A stretch of DNA of 64,000 nucleotides from Camelus dromedarius (Eukaryota), in assembly GCF_036321535.1 (NCBI RefSeq), contig NC_087436.1, positions 92,134,001-92,198,000 of the forward strand. Reading direction: 5' to 3'. The translations under genes were made by a program, and so were the position numbers. Positions 25,886-40,130 of this stretch are shown in pieces. Position 1 is the stretch's first letter. Each line of letters starts with the position of its first letter. Under the pieces are notes generated by a model, which saw only the letters and a list, made by a program, of their open reading frames with translations, did no database searches and was not told the origin of the DNA.

Positions 25886-28800
25886 TTGTTGTTGTTGTTT
25901 GTCCAGAGTGGTCCAAATAAACCACTGGGACTAAAGAGTCATTAAGAGCATTGTTTCGTTTTTTCCTAGGATATTATTCTATTACCAAAACTAGATTCAG
26001 TGAACTAGACAAGTATGGCCATAAAGTTGGGTCAATACCCTCCATGCTAGTCAGTGAGCAACATGGAGCAGCTGTCTTCCTTCAGGGCACTAAGTCATCC
26101 CTCCCGTGGTCTCCATCAACTCTTGCAGTCTCATGACAATTCAATCAAATGCTGCTACAAAAATGTAAGTTTTGATAATTTTTCAAAGTACAATTTAAGA
26201 AGCTATTTAACTCTGCAGAAAAACCTCCCCTAGGAGAGGACCGAATGTTCAATAAATGATAGTTAAAAATCTGCTAACCAAATGTTAAAGTTTCAAAAGA
26301 CCAGATGATATTATAATGTGATATATTTAGTCTTGTAAATCTTCATATTTTGTCATTGTAACATTTCAAGAGGTAAAGTTGGAAATTTTTATATGGCGCA
26401 TGATACTTTGAAAAAACAACAAAAGGCAGCATTTGGGGCCAGCTGATTTCTCTGATATTTATTTATTTAAAAATAGTTATTTAAAAACAGGCATCACCAT
26501 CATAATAACGTGCTGTTTATTTCACAAAAATTGGGTAAATTAAGTACAATAATGTATGTAAAACCCTTTGCATAATGTAAAATGTTCTGCAAATGCATTA
26601 TTACTTATATTTTATTTGTTTTGAAATGTTAGACTGCTCAACACACGCACACCAACCAGAGGTAGGAACGTATATACATAGATGGAGGTTATATGTTTGA
26701 GTTCTTAGAAAGGAGCCACTAAATTAGAGTATGTGCTGTAGTTACTTTTCTTCTTTGCATCTATTTTTTCTCTAATACAGTAATTTTAAATTTTTAGAAA
26801 TTAAAATTACGGAAATTACAGTAGACGATTCTAACAGAGTATGATTAGAAGGTTTGCAGAGAAGGGCAAGAAAAGATTACTGCCTGAAATTTAATCCCAT
26901 AAGAATAAATTAGAAACAGTTAATGACCTTAATTATCTGCATCATTGACCCACCCTAAGAGACTCTGGAAATAATGCTGCTGCCAAGAGCAAGGTGTATC
27001 TCAAACTCAGTCATGCAAACTAGATGGAGAACTATGAGCTCTACAGTTGTTTTGTAATTTGTCTTGCATGAGAAAACAATATGTAATTTTTTAATAAATA
27101 AAAAAGGTTTTCTAAAATTTTCCAAAAAATGAATACAATTATTTATCTAGATATAAATATCCTTACAGTAGAATTTCTTAAAGAGACCTAAACCAGAACA
27201 CCTATTTCAAAGCATACTGGCAAGATTTCTAGGCCTGTTTCTAAACCAACGAGTGATTGAGGAATTCGAGCACCAGCAGGAAGCACATCTATCAGTATGC
27301 CTCTACTTATCTTTGGCTCAAGAAAGACCCTCCTGGTGATCCAGCTGATCAGAATAAGATCACAGATCAACACACATCTTCTCCATTTTCCTCAATAAAC
27401 ATGGAAGCCATAAAGAACACTAAGGAATATTTTTTATTAGATTTTCTTTTTACATGTAGGTCAATAATTCTCAAACTTCTCTGTTTGTAGGAATAACCCA
27501 AACAACCTCTAACACATCCCTATTTCCAGGCTACATGACTAGATTCTAGGTTTTCAGATTTCCAAATTGGCTTCTCTCAGGCATTACATTCTTGTCATCT
27601 CTGAGAGACATGAAAAAGTCAGGTATTCACATCTGAAGAGCCACAATTTAGACCAGCTCAAGGCCCTGGAGTGATTCACCAGCAAACCACCATCTACAAG
27701 GCCCACCTGATCATCCAGGTGACCTTTTCTCTCCATCACTACATTTTACAATCTTGATTAACACTGCACATCCTCAATTACCCAGAATTCTATAGGGTAA
27801 ATGAATTGACAAATGAAATGAAGATTTGTTCTAATTTTATAGACAACTTTCTAAACAAGTGCTGCTAAGAGTACAAATGTTTGAAACAAATACTTTCAAT
27901 GACTAGTCTCTGCACAGCTCAAATTTTTGCAAGGCACATGCCAATGTTTTATGAGGCAGTAATAACATAATGCAAAACTAATAGAGAGGAAGCCAAGTGA
28001 CATATAGGGTCTTTGAAAGATTACATTTATATTTAGAGTTTCCTCTCAAGTTGCAGGTTGAATGCTTTAAGGTTTTATAACCTAAAACGGGAAGAAAAAC
28101 CTGACTATTTCTTCAATCACAGTTCCTTTCTTCAATAAGATTATTTATGCATTGGAACACTGATCAAATACCTGACTCCTAGGTCCTCCCTTTTTCCTGC
28201 CTCAGAGAAACTGCTACATTAAAGTTACATCTAGTTAGGTCTCCTGCTTGCTTTCCAAAGGATTTGGAAAATATACAGAGATCCAGGGAAGAGTTCTATC
28301 TGGCCCCACATCCATCTATGGGAGCAATGGAATGTGTAACTTCTGCTTTTACCCCCTGGGGCTTCTCGGCTATTGCATTTTGGGATGCCTGTGGGAAACT
28401 ATTCAGTCATGCCTGAGACATGCGTCACCCCTCATGTCATACACATCTCTTAGCGAGCATCCAAGTCAGCTCTCAACACAGCACTGTGTAGACTGTACTG
28501 CACAACCCCAGGGGGTGCTGTTCACACAGACAGTGATGTGGATAGAGCCCCCAGGACAGTGCAGCTAGCAGCTCTGATCCGGGGTAGGAGCTCTTCTAAC
28601 TTCTGTTTTGCCCTGCAGAAATTAGAGATTATGATAATGATGAAGGTGATGGTGTTGACGATACTAACGATGATGGCCCACATTTGTAAATACCTACCAT
28701 GTGATGATTACTTTACAATTATTAAAAAAAAAAAAAATGAAGGACCAGCTGGAAAAAAAAAAAACTGATTAACTGATTTGAGGGACCTCTGCCAGCAGCC

Positions 28801-30292
28801 ATTATTGTCTTCTTAAAGCATGACTAAATGAAATGAGGTAAAATTATTAGAAAATGACAGTCTTATTGGATTTTTTCTCAAAAAAGTGATGAAATTATGC
28901 ATAAAAATATAAGTAAATATTGTAACCTAGTCTAGTACTAAAATTTTGATTTTGGGATTTCCTCTATTTGCTATTTGTGAATTTATAGCACTGTCAGGAT
29001 AAAGCCATAGCGGGGAAAAGCTTTTCTCTTGTAGGTTTTGAAGATTTAAGGTATTTACTCATATGATAGTTTTTGGGGGGGATTTGAACAAATTCAAATC
29101 GAAGTACTTAAATAGGTTCCGCAGTTTTGTAAATAACCCTCCAAATCATAGAGTTAATTCAAATCATGACAAGCTAAATTAATCACAAAAATGCAAACAT
29201 TTTTAAGCTTAATCGTCATAAAGTCTTGGTCAAACTTTGGCAGTAACAATTTCTGCATTGGGTGAAATACGGAGACCACTAAGGTGAACTCAACCAAATG
29301 ACTAGACATCTGCACAGGATTGTTTCCAAACTAGTAAAACATAGTTATTAGTTTCTGATTTTTGGTTCTTGATCCCACCCCTAATCTATGAAACCCTTCA
29401 CTGGTAAATTCTATATATGAAAAGAATCTTTGATTTTTAACTGCTTTTACCCTTTAATTTCTTTTCTAAATCCTCATAATATGACCTTTCCAAATACTTC
29501 CTTTAAATGAAAAATAGAGTGTCTTTGGTTAAAATTCTTTCTCCCCACCCCTCCCATGTCATGATATAATGTCAAGGCATTGAATAATTCATCAAAAGAG
29601 ATCATTTTATTTAAATATTAAGAATAACATAAAATAGTATTACAATGAAAAATATTGGTTTGCTGCCTTAATGATAGTGATTATGAATCCCATTCCTGAA
29701 ATAATAATGCCTATTTTTAACAGAAAATCATTTCACCAATGCTTCCAGGCAATTTCAAAAACTTGTCTTAACATAAGATCATTACCAATGGCCCCAGGAC
29801 CTGAATAATATATTCCTACATTACCATGCAGAATCTATCACATTTTAAGGGTTCATTTTTTACTATAAAATCTGGATCATGGTCTGTACATTTATAGAAG
29901 AATAACTTTCCAAGTGCTGCTCAAGAGTTCTTAAGGGAAAATTAATGGAGAAATGCACCTCAGATGAAATCTGCGACCTCCCCAGGAATGGGAGGAAGTC
30001 AAATTAGCCTTTACATCTTCGTAACATTCCAACTGAATCCACATCCACTGAATGCAGCAATCAATCTTTTCTGGTTTAAATATCCATACAAGTGATGATA
30101 AAAGCTCAACTGGTGTCTTAAGGATGATTAACTAGAAATTAACTCCTAAGCTTTGCTCAAATGCTTTGAACACTGTAGTCTGTCTTCTTCCCCATCCTTG
30201 GCTAAGAAAGAGAGACGTTGTTTTAGTCATTACACACTGGGAGAAGACTACTTATATGTTAGAAATTTGGCTTTGAGAAGTCAGTCAATCTA

Positions 30293-30464
30293 TTTCATTA
30301 TAGGCTTTTATAAGGTATTGAATATAACTCCCTGTGCTATAAAAGAATATGAAAAGAAATATTTACATGTAGAACTGAATCACTTTGCTGTACACCAGAA
30401 AATTACACATTGTAAAGTGACTATACATCAATAAAAAAAAGAGAGAGAAGACAATCTGAAAAAA
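30293..30464. mobile_element. Short L1 insertion with 5' inversion
   Basis: 30293-30341 is reverse-complement L1 3' UTR. 30342-30440 is forward L1 tail with AATAAA and poly-A. TSD agtcaatcta at 30283-30292 and 30465-30474. Confidence 0.85.
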
Positions 30465-30562
30465 AGTCAATCTAGTTTGTTAAGAATAATGACCTAATTT
30501 TTAACTGATGGCTGTTGAGACAGTATCTTAGATGTGGAAGTGACTCATGAAGTATGAAGTCA

Positions 30563-31350
<788 letters not shown>

Positions 31351-32964
31351 GAAACAGAAAATAAGTATGGGACAAGGAAATGAAAGACTTGAACTTTGAA
31401 GCCAGTGGTGAGTGCTGAAAAGGATCTTAGCAGCAGAAATACCTGTTCAGTTCAGTGTGGAGACCAGAGATAAAATTTGGAATCAAATGTGTAGGATGGG
31501 AGGTGTCAGAGTCTCATAGTGCTTATTCCTTCTGTCTTTCATGCTCTTTAAAGAGGGCAGTCAACATGTTGCATGTCTACATAGAGCCATCAATATTAGT
31601 TCTTATTAAATCAAATAGACTTCATCTGCATTGGAGACGATGAATTACTGCTAGCAAAAAACATTCTTCTCTTCGACAGAGGGAGAGGTTTTGGAAAGGA
31701 AACATGGAAACAGTTAGGGAAGAATGGAAAATCCTCCCAGCCAGCCAGATCAGCCAGAGCAATCCAGGAGATCAGCACTGATAAATATTATATCCAAATC
31801 ACCCGTGCATAGAGAAGGTCCTCCTTACGCCGCGCTCAGTGGATTTCCTGTCACTTACGCGAGCACTTGAACAACCTCCTGAGATCCAAGGTCATACTGA
31901 AACTTACTCTACAGTGAGTGCCCCAACCTGTCTGCACCTCCAGAGGGAGGGTACTCAGATGGCCCTGACACCGTGCTTCAAGTTTTTTTTTTAACGTTTA
32001 TAGTTTTTACCTGGTTATCAACTTAATATATACCTATTTAGAAACTTCAGAAAATAGCATAAAGTTGAAAATAAGTTACGAATAATTTCACTAGAGACGT
32101 TCATAATTTTGTGAATTTTCTTCCAGTGAGTACAAAGGTGAGACACTCTGATACACACATAACTACACTGCCCAGCCTCTTGCATTTAAGGGGAGAATAA
32201 ACAAGTGGGGAGTTTTTGCCAATGGGCTGTGAGCAAAAGTGACGTGTCATTTGTGGACCAAGGCAGTTGACAGACGGTGTCCTGTCCACGCTATTTCTCT
32301 TCCTTCCCCATCTGCTAGGTGGATGATCCCAGCGATCATGAAGCCATATACTGAGCTTGTCAGAGTCACAGAGAAATTCACAACCACGACCACTGCATTG
32401 GACTACAAGTATAAAGAAGCAACTGCTAGAGAGAGAAGATATGTGCCCTGATGTATACCATGCCCTCAATAACTATAATGCACACACTTGTCTTAAGCTA
32501 AAATAAAAATTAAGCTCTTCTTTTCAGTGGCTTAATTCTTTTTTCATTCAGGCAATGAGTATTCTGTAAGTATCTACTGAGTGCCACCCAAGGATAAGAT
32601 ACAGCAAGAGACTATAGTAAATATAAAGATATATAAAATTATGGTCCATTCTTTCCATTGTAACATAATGTTAAACAAAATAGCTGTAGTTCAACATGGT
32701 GTGTTTTAAGCACGTACAGAATCCCTCGTTTTTGAAATGACCAAATATCTAGTCAGCACCAATAAAAGACACCAACGCTATTCTCAACACTCTCCACCCT
32801 CATTCTGTTTACAATTTGCTTCCAGCTGCTCAGTATGAATGTAGTACTTTCTAACTTTTTGCCATCTTTTCCCAGAATCAGTTTATTATTCCCTATATTA
32901 CAATTTCGTTTTGCTAGTTTAGCATCTACCCTTCAGCAAGAATTTCCTTCAGATGTACTCTTAC

Positions 32965-33380
32965 AATCATTTATTCATTTAACAATATTTATTGAGCACC
33001 TACTAAACATCAGAGTTGCTGAATCTATACAGGTGAACATAATAGGCATGATCCCTGCCCTTAGAGGGAGACAGATAACATTCAATAAACACATAAATAT
33101 GTAATAAAAATTGTAACCAGCATTACCAAGGGGAAAAAGTGGATATAATCAGAAATGATAAAAGAAGGGAGTCTACTTTTAAAAGAAGTAAGCCTCTCTG
33201 AAGAGGAGTCGTTAAATACCATCCACCAAAGCTAGAAGAGATCAATGCAAAGATCTGAGGTGGGCAGGAGTGGTTGGAGATAGTTCTTCAGCTGCAGTCG
33301 CAGGTGAAAAGGCCCTGAGGCAGAAAACCACAGGTTTGTTCAAAGAAGCAAAAAAAGCAGAGTGGCTAAAGACAAGCATG
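32965..33380 (-). mobile_element. L2 remnant
   Basis: tcattttattcatttaacaatatttattgagcacctact...atccctgccctt...gcctctctgaagagg...aaaggccctgaggcag. Confidence 0.75.
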
Positions 33381-33807
33381 ACTCTCATTCTGCAAAGGTC
33401 TTCTCAAAAGAGGACAAGACTAGAAATGGCTTTCCTTCCTAACTTAATTCTTGATTTATGCAACCACTCAAAACATGAACAAAAACACTATCAATGATAG
33501 GCGATTTTACCAATCCAGAATTATTTCAAGTTTGACACGAATGAGAATCTATTTATTTAAAATAGTAAGTTACAAATTCTAGAAGCTATATAAAGGGTTG
33601 AATGTGATATTAACCAAACTAGAACTACCTTGGAAATTACCATTAATGATTAATTCAAAGAAAAAAATACCCCTTGTTCAATTCCTAGTTAAAACAGAAA
33701 TTTAGCAGGTAGACCTAAGCCTGGATATTTCTTGTTAGTATTATTTTTTTAATCATAATATCAAATTATTTCCTTATTTGTAAAGAAAGTATGACATAAA
33801 ACATATT

Positions 33808-34052
33808 CTTTTTTATTGAAGCATAGTTGATTTTCAATGTTGTGTTAGTTTCTGGTGTACAGCATAGTGATTCAGTTATACATATTCTTTTTCATGAAAA
33901 AAGTTATTACAAGGTTATAGGTTATTATAAGATATTAAATATAGTTCCTTGTGCTATACAGTAGGACCTTGTTGTCTATCGATTATATATATATAATAGT
34001 TATTATCTGCAAATCCCAAACTCCTAATTTATCCCTCCCTCCTTTCCCCTTT
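33808..34052 (-). mobile_element. Young L1 3' end
   Basis: ttttttattgaagcatagttga...tctggtgtacagcatagtgattcag...tgtgctatacagtaggaccttgttg...aatcccaaactcctaatttatccc is the reverse complement of the L1 3' UTR seen elsewhere in the window. Confidence 0.9.
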
Positions 34053-34957
34053 GATTTTCTATAACATAATTATTCTTTCACTCATCTTGTCTCCAAATAT
34101 TGCCCACATATTATTCTGTGTGTGAGTATCATTGCTTGGCGAGAAGTGATTTTAACTATATTCCTGGCATTTGGAGCATATTTTTAAATCACTTGATCAC
34201 AGTAAATATGTGCAAAATGCTTCCACTTGCTGCTACTTTACAGCGATCACATACACTATTTTATTTTTTGGTCTTGAAAGTGCTAAAAATTGATCACTGA
34301 AAGTGAAGAAGAAATTTTGCCAGTTGTTGGCAAGGTAATGGACTTTCTCCAGTAACACTTGTCCCTTGAGAAGCAATAAATTATGACTCACTCCCCAAGT
34401 GCTGTTCTCAGAACTTCTATTTGGAGAGAAAGAACCTATCAATTTTTATTTTCTAACTATCTTGGTGATGAGAGGGGAAAAAAGGCTCACTAACCATCAG
34501 TGAAATAGGGGAAATGAGCTATCCCTGAAACTTTTCAGCTTATAGAATATTGAACCTTTCTTAATCAACATGAATTTGCAAATCAGAATTTACAGCTCAA
34601 TTGTTAATTTAAAGTGCAGAGAACTTCTAATCAGAAAAGAAACTGAGTGCATTGAAGAGAATATTATTTGAAAACAGGACTACTGTATTATAAGAAGAAA
34701 GACAGACGATTTCTTAGTTTACAGATTAGTGGTTAGGGATGGGGGTGTGGGTACACACAAAGCTGGGTTTAAACTTTAGATATGCTATCCCCTAAGTAAC
34801 CTGGAGCCTCAGTTTCCTCATCTGTCAAATGGTCATTTTTATTGCATCAAATATTTGGCAAGACTGAATAGAATGATGGATATGAACTGCTTAGAATGCT
34901 GCTCAATGGATGATAGGTATAAGTTCTTATAAGTTTCTTAAAATAGCTAAATATAAA

Positions 34958-35258
34958 TAAACTCATCCCTAAGTATATTGGGAGATTGGTTCCAGGACCC
35001 CCACCGATACTAAAATCTATAGTCCTTTATCTGAAATGGCTTAATATTTGCATATAGCCTATACACATCCTCCTTTATAGTTTAAATCATCTCTAGATTA
35101 TTTGTAATACTTAATACAATGTAAATGCTATTTATATAGTTGCCAGTGTGTGCCAAATTCAAGTTTTGCTTTTGGAACTTTCTGGAATTTTTTTGAATAT
35201 TTTTCCATCTGCAGTTAGTTGAGTCCTTGGATGCGAAACCCCATGGATATGGGGTGGG
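34958..35258. mobile_element. MER2-like TcMar-Tigger DNA transposon
   Basis: gattggttccaggacccc...atttgcatatagcctatacacatcctcc...aaatcatctctagatta...aatacaatgtaaatgctat...ggatgcgaaaccccatggata. Confidence 0.85.
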
Positions 35259-37614
35259 GGTTACCATTTGGAGGACAGGAAGAAGAATGGGGCCAGGTGA
35301 GCCTAAATAGCTGACAGGGACTCAAGGTAATCTGTTTCTGATCTGATTCTAGGGCTTCAAAGCTCAACCAATCTGTCATCACTTAGATCCTGGAGAAGGG
35401 CTCCAGGTTGCTGCAGCTCATTCAGTCTACACAGCTCTGGACTGTTGACTGTGTGTTAAGTGCTATTCTGGGAGCAAGGGGTTTCAGCCCTGGTTCTACC
35501 TGTCACTTCGGATCCTGAGTGGGCATGGTCATCTCAGACTCCCGGGGTTGCTTGGCTGTGGACTCAGCATGTATCCAGCATTTCCCTTACATAATTACCT
35601 CAACTCTCTACAATTAACACAATCACCGATGAAGGAGAATCCATGAAGAGTCCCCAGAGCAACAGCTTCCCGAAATAGATTTTCCAGTTCAATTCTTACC
35701 TTTGATTTCCCCACTGTATCTGGTAGAGCGTTTTGCATATAAATAGTGCTCAGAGAAATGTTTGCTGAATTAAAATTAGCTAAATTAGATTTTAATGTCA
35801 GAACAGACTGAATGACACACTGAGGAGCGAGGTGAATAACACCTAGCATGATTACCTCCATCCCTTCCTGTCCTGCTTCCAGTCTAGACGCAAGGTGGGA
35901 AATAATGTCTGTTTACTTTTCAGGCAAAAATATCTGAGTCATATAATGCTACTGGTGTCAGTAAAGGCCCCATCTTCACTACATTAGAAATTGTTGAATG
36001 CTGGAGAGTAAATAATATACTGTGTCTTTAGGATCTACCTCCCAGAAGAAATCAAAGAGCAATGAATCAAGTTTACCTATTTAGGTGCTGAAGCCTTGAC
36101 TTAGCTCCCTTCAACTTACAAAAGCCAAGTGATTCAAACATCCACTCCACTTAGCACCAAGGAGCTATAAGCTTCAGCTTCGTTCTTGAGCACTAAATGA
36201 GGATTTTGCTATTTTCTCTTGAATAAGGAGTTTCTTGTGTATTGTGTGGCTAAGGTTCTCAAAACTGGAAGGAAAAAAAAACCACCTTTATGTCCTTCTT
36301 CGTTCAGACTGTCACTATGTAAAGTATTAATAAATATATCTTATAGCAAAAAGAATTTTTTAACTACCTCCATTATTATTTCAGGATATTGGTGTAAGGA
36401 TCTGACATCTCTTAATTTCTAACAAAGAGAAAAATCAATGAATGAAATTATGCATATATTTATCCTACACAGGGGACATTTACTTCTCCACATTCTGCCT
36501 GGAACCATAACAAAAACAAATCCAAATGCTACGGGATGGAAGAAAGGTCAGACAGAATGAACAAATACGGCACTTGAAAATAAAGATTAATGAATAAAGC
36601 ATCAAAAATACTGAATCAGACCCAGAGATACTTAAAGTATTCTTGATATTATAAAGATCAGGCTTTATGCTTGGGATTTTCCAGAATCAGGAAAGAAACA
36701 AGAGAACATGCAAGTAGAGTCACAGTATTAGAAGCATCAGCTCAGGAAACTAATTTGGAAAAGCAGTTTTCCAAATCAGCAGCAGATTTCAACAGAATGT
36801 CATTGCTGAATGTGGTAGTTTGGAAGTGTAAACCCCTAGAGTGTCAATTTATTTTTCTACAGTGAGAATGTGCTTGTAGAAAGCATGAAGAGCCTCAAGA
36901 ATTCTCAAATCTATTCAGATAAAATGGCAATGGTCTTAAAGACTGCCATGCTGATAACTTTTTCTTAGCCATTATTTTCAAATTGATGAAAAAGTAAAAG
37001 GTCAAAAGAAACATGTAAAGCTGACTGAAAAAAATATATACATATACAAAAGAAATTCTTATCCTGAGACAGACTTCCAGTCTTATTCTTGTGGTTGAAA
37101 TTTTTTTAATCACAGGAAGTTCAACATACATCATCTTTTAATCAATAAATGCCATATGCTTAAAATGAATGGATGCTGCCACTTCAAAGTAGCACAAATT
37201 ATATTTCATAATTGTGTTGTCTTTCTCTTCCAAGAGCATGATGCTAGGAGGGAACACTGGGAGATTATAATTCTATTATCCTATCATCGTTGCCAAGGTA
37301 ACAGGGGACTGTTGATTCCACTGTCTGAGATGAAGGTTAAACTGGCAAAGAGGAAAAACAGGGAGCCAGCAACACAGAAAAAAATTCTGTGTTCATGTAG
37401 AGATCTAGAGGTGAGATTGTAATTTTGAGTCCGCATGTAAACTAGAAAGTTATTTAAAAGCACATAAGTGGTGCCCAGAAAAGGACAGAAAGTTTCCCTG
37501 GAGAGAAGGCATGATGGGCTATACATTGTGAGCTCTGTGGTTGAAAATCACATCCCCCTAGAAAGCAGAGTTCAGTCAACTGTCCCACAGTACCATTCAT
37601 GCAGTGAAGAGACA

Positions 37615-37677
37615 GTGTTTGCAGAATGAGTTATGGTGTTTGCAGAATGAGTTAATCTTTTGCAAAATGAGTTAATG
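37615..37677 (+). repeat. Three-copy, about 21-bp tandem repeat (core TTTGCAGAATGAGTTA)
   Basis: gtgtttgcagaatgagttatg / gtgtttgcagaatgagttaa / tcttttgcaaaatgagttaatg. Confidence 0.85.
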
Positions 37678-39387
37678 CAGTTCCCAAAGCTTTTGAATTT
37701 GTATATATATAAACTTGAAAGCCTAAGATAACCTAACTAACTTGGTTTTGATCTGCTTGGTTTGCCAATAGAATCTTTTTCCAGTATGAATTGATGTCAT
37801 ACTAGAAACGAAATAAAAATTATTAAATTATTAATCACTTATATTGACTGCCCACTATTAGAAGATATTCACAAAGGATAGTTGAGATAATCCTTGTTCT
37901 TTAGGAGTTTATCATCTTCTTGAGGGAAACAAACTATTATTAAAATTTAATTCATTACAGAGAAGAGGATACATGTGCAAACTGAGTAAAACATCATTCC
38001 TATTTGGGCTAAAACTAGCGTGATGAAATACGAATCAAGCTACCTGCAATTATTTGTGTCTAAAATTGAATTACCTTAAAAATAATATTCTTCACAGCAA
38101 GTAATTCTGTTTGTTCCAGGAAAGCATGCAAGAAAAAAGTGAGGCATTTCCTCGTATATAGTCTGCTTTGAACTCTCTTATTAAGGATATATTTGTCCTT
38201 CATAAATAAGTAACTTAAATTATACTGACCTGATACAAAGCACAGTGCATAGTGACTAACAATCTATCATTGAAAAAGAACACTTTCATGCATGCTTATT
38301 TCATTTTTTTCAGAAGTTTTCCTCACTCTGTACCTAAAAGTCTAAGTAGATCTCCAAGAGAGGCAGAATGTTACATTTTAACCAGAGAATCACAATCAGC
38401 ATTCATCTTTCTTTTTTTATACGAGGATGTCTGAAATTCCTTTTACGTATATCATGTGGTACATTACGTGCATAAAAATCCTTAATCTAAAATGTTGACA
38501 ACTCTCTCTCAAGGAAGACTTCATGATCAAAGTCTATGAATCTACTTAATTTTTGTTTGCTGAAATAAATCCTTTTTAGTTTCAGATATCTTGCTCAACA
38601 TGTCAATACTGAATTCTTCAAAGCCAATTAATAGCAAATCTTGATGATCTGAAAGTATCATAGCATCACCCTAACATTAAATACAGACTTGAAGATTTGT
38701 ATCAGAGATGGTGTTGGGGGGGGTGGGGAAGGAATAATCATTATGTACACCTGAAATATTGAATCACTGAAGAATATAACATAAATGTTGGCTTAATTTT
38801 ACTTAATTTTAATTAAAGAAACTTGCAAGGATGTTTAGCATATGAAAAGTAAACATATTGCTAAAACTGGGGAATTTTACTATTTTTGATTACAGTCTGT
38901 CCTAGGGTAATTCTCGCCAATGAGTTAGGTATCCCTCTACACAAGGGATAGGATACACCTCACGGCTGTTTTTTATTTCCACTGACTACATGCATGCACA
39001 GGAACATGACTGTCAGGACATATGATGTATAGAATTGCTCTGGAAGTCGGGTTTCCATTTCTTTTCAGTTTATCCTTCAAGTTATTGAATCATTTCTCTT
39101 TATACAGTTGAAATTTCATTAGTTTCCTTTAAAAAGTTACTCTTATAAACACTACAAGATGGGTAAGAAGTAGATCTCTATCCATGTCCATATATCGGTA
39201 ACTCGATTTATTAATTTAATAATCACGTTGCCTCAACTATAGACTTTTTTCTGTCCTATCTTGGAAGCATATTTTTCCTGAATATCATGAAAGAGAGTAG
39301 CAGTTAAACAAATGACGAGTAATTAAGGCCTCGCTCTGACTGTAACATTAGAATATTATTTTAAATCATGAAAAAAGAATACTTTTA

Positions 39388-39515
39388 CTTTTTGGGGGGA
39401 ATGAGAGGTGATAAGTTTTATTTATTTATTTACTTAATGGAGGTACCAGGGATTGAACCCAGGACCTCATGCATGCTAGGCATGCACTCTACCACTGAGC
39501 TATACCTCCCCCTGT
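39388..39515 (-). mobile_element. tRNA-Ala-derived SINE (camelid-type)
   Basis: Minus strand ggggaggtatagctcagtggtagagtgcatgcctagcatgcatgaggtcctgggttcaatccc. TSD agaatactttta at 39376-39387 and 39516-39527. Confidence 0.92.
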
Positions 39516-39584
39516 AGAATACTTTTAAAAGTAAATTTTATGACAAGAAATTTTCTATTAAAAATTATAGACAGAAGCTAATTA

Positions 39585-40130
39585 AATACATAAATGTTGA
39601 AGGATATGTGGAAAATTGAGAGCCTCCTAAAATTACTGGTGGGTGTATATACACTGATGCAAGCATTTGGGATCCTATGACCCAGCCAATCCACTTACAG
39701 ATATACAACCTAGAGACGTGACCTCACAGACCCATGAGGGGACGTGTATAAGGAGGTTCATTTCAACATTGCGTGGGGTTGTGGGATACTGGAAACAATA
39801 GCCCTGGAAATGTTAAATAAGAACTGGGATCAATGAGCTACATTTACACATAATCTCAATATACCTTTAATACATAGTATTAGTACTGGATAAAATCATT
39901 CAGAAATAGAATGGGTTCTATGGACAATAACATATGTAAACAGAATTTTTTAAAATGAATGCACAAACAACAGTGCATATTTTATAAGGGTAATATACAC
40001 TGAAGTATAGTCTTTAAGTGCACATAAGATAGAGGAGGGAAACGGGAGCGGAAGCAGAGGATGAAGGTGAACTGAGAGGCTTTGCATGGACCAGGGGTGA
40101 CAGAGAACAGTGAACAGCAGGATGGGATTA
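39585..40130 (+). mobile_element. Old L1 (L1M) 3' remnant
   Basis: aaatgttgaaggatatgtggaaaa...cctatgacccagccaatccactt...aggaggttcatttcaacattg. Confidence 0.6.

Noticed and set aside
38929..38949. Hairpin TATCCCT-N7-AGGGATA as a small RNA
   Set aside because: A 7-bp stem is expected by chance in 64 kb, and there are no other ncRNA hallmarks.
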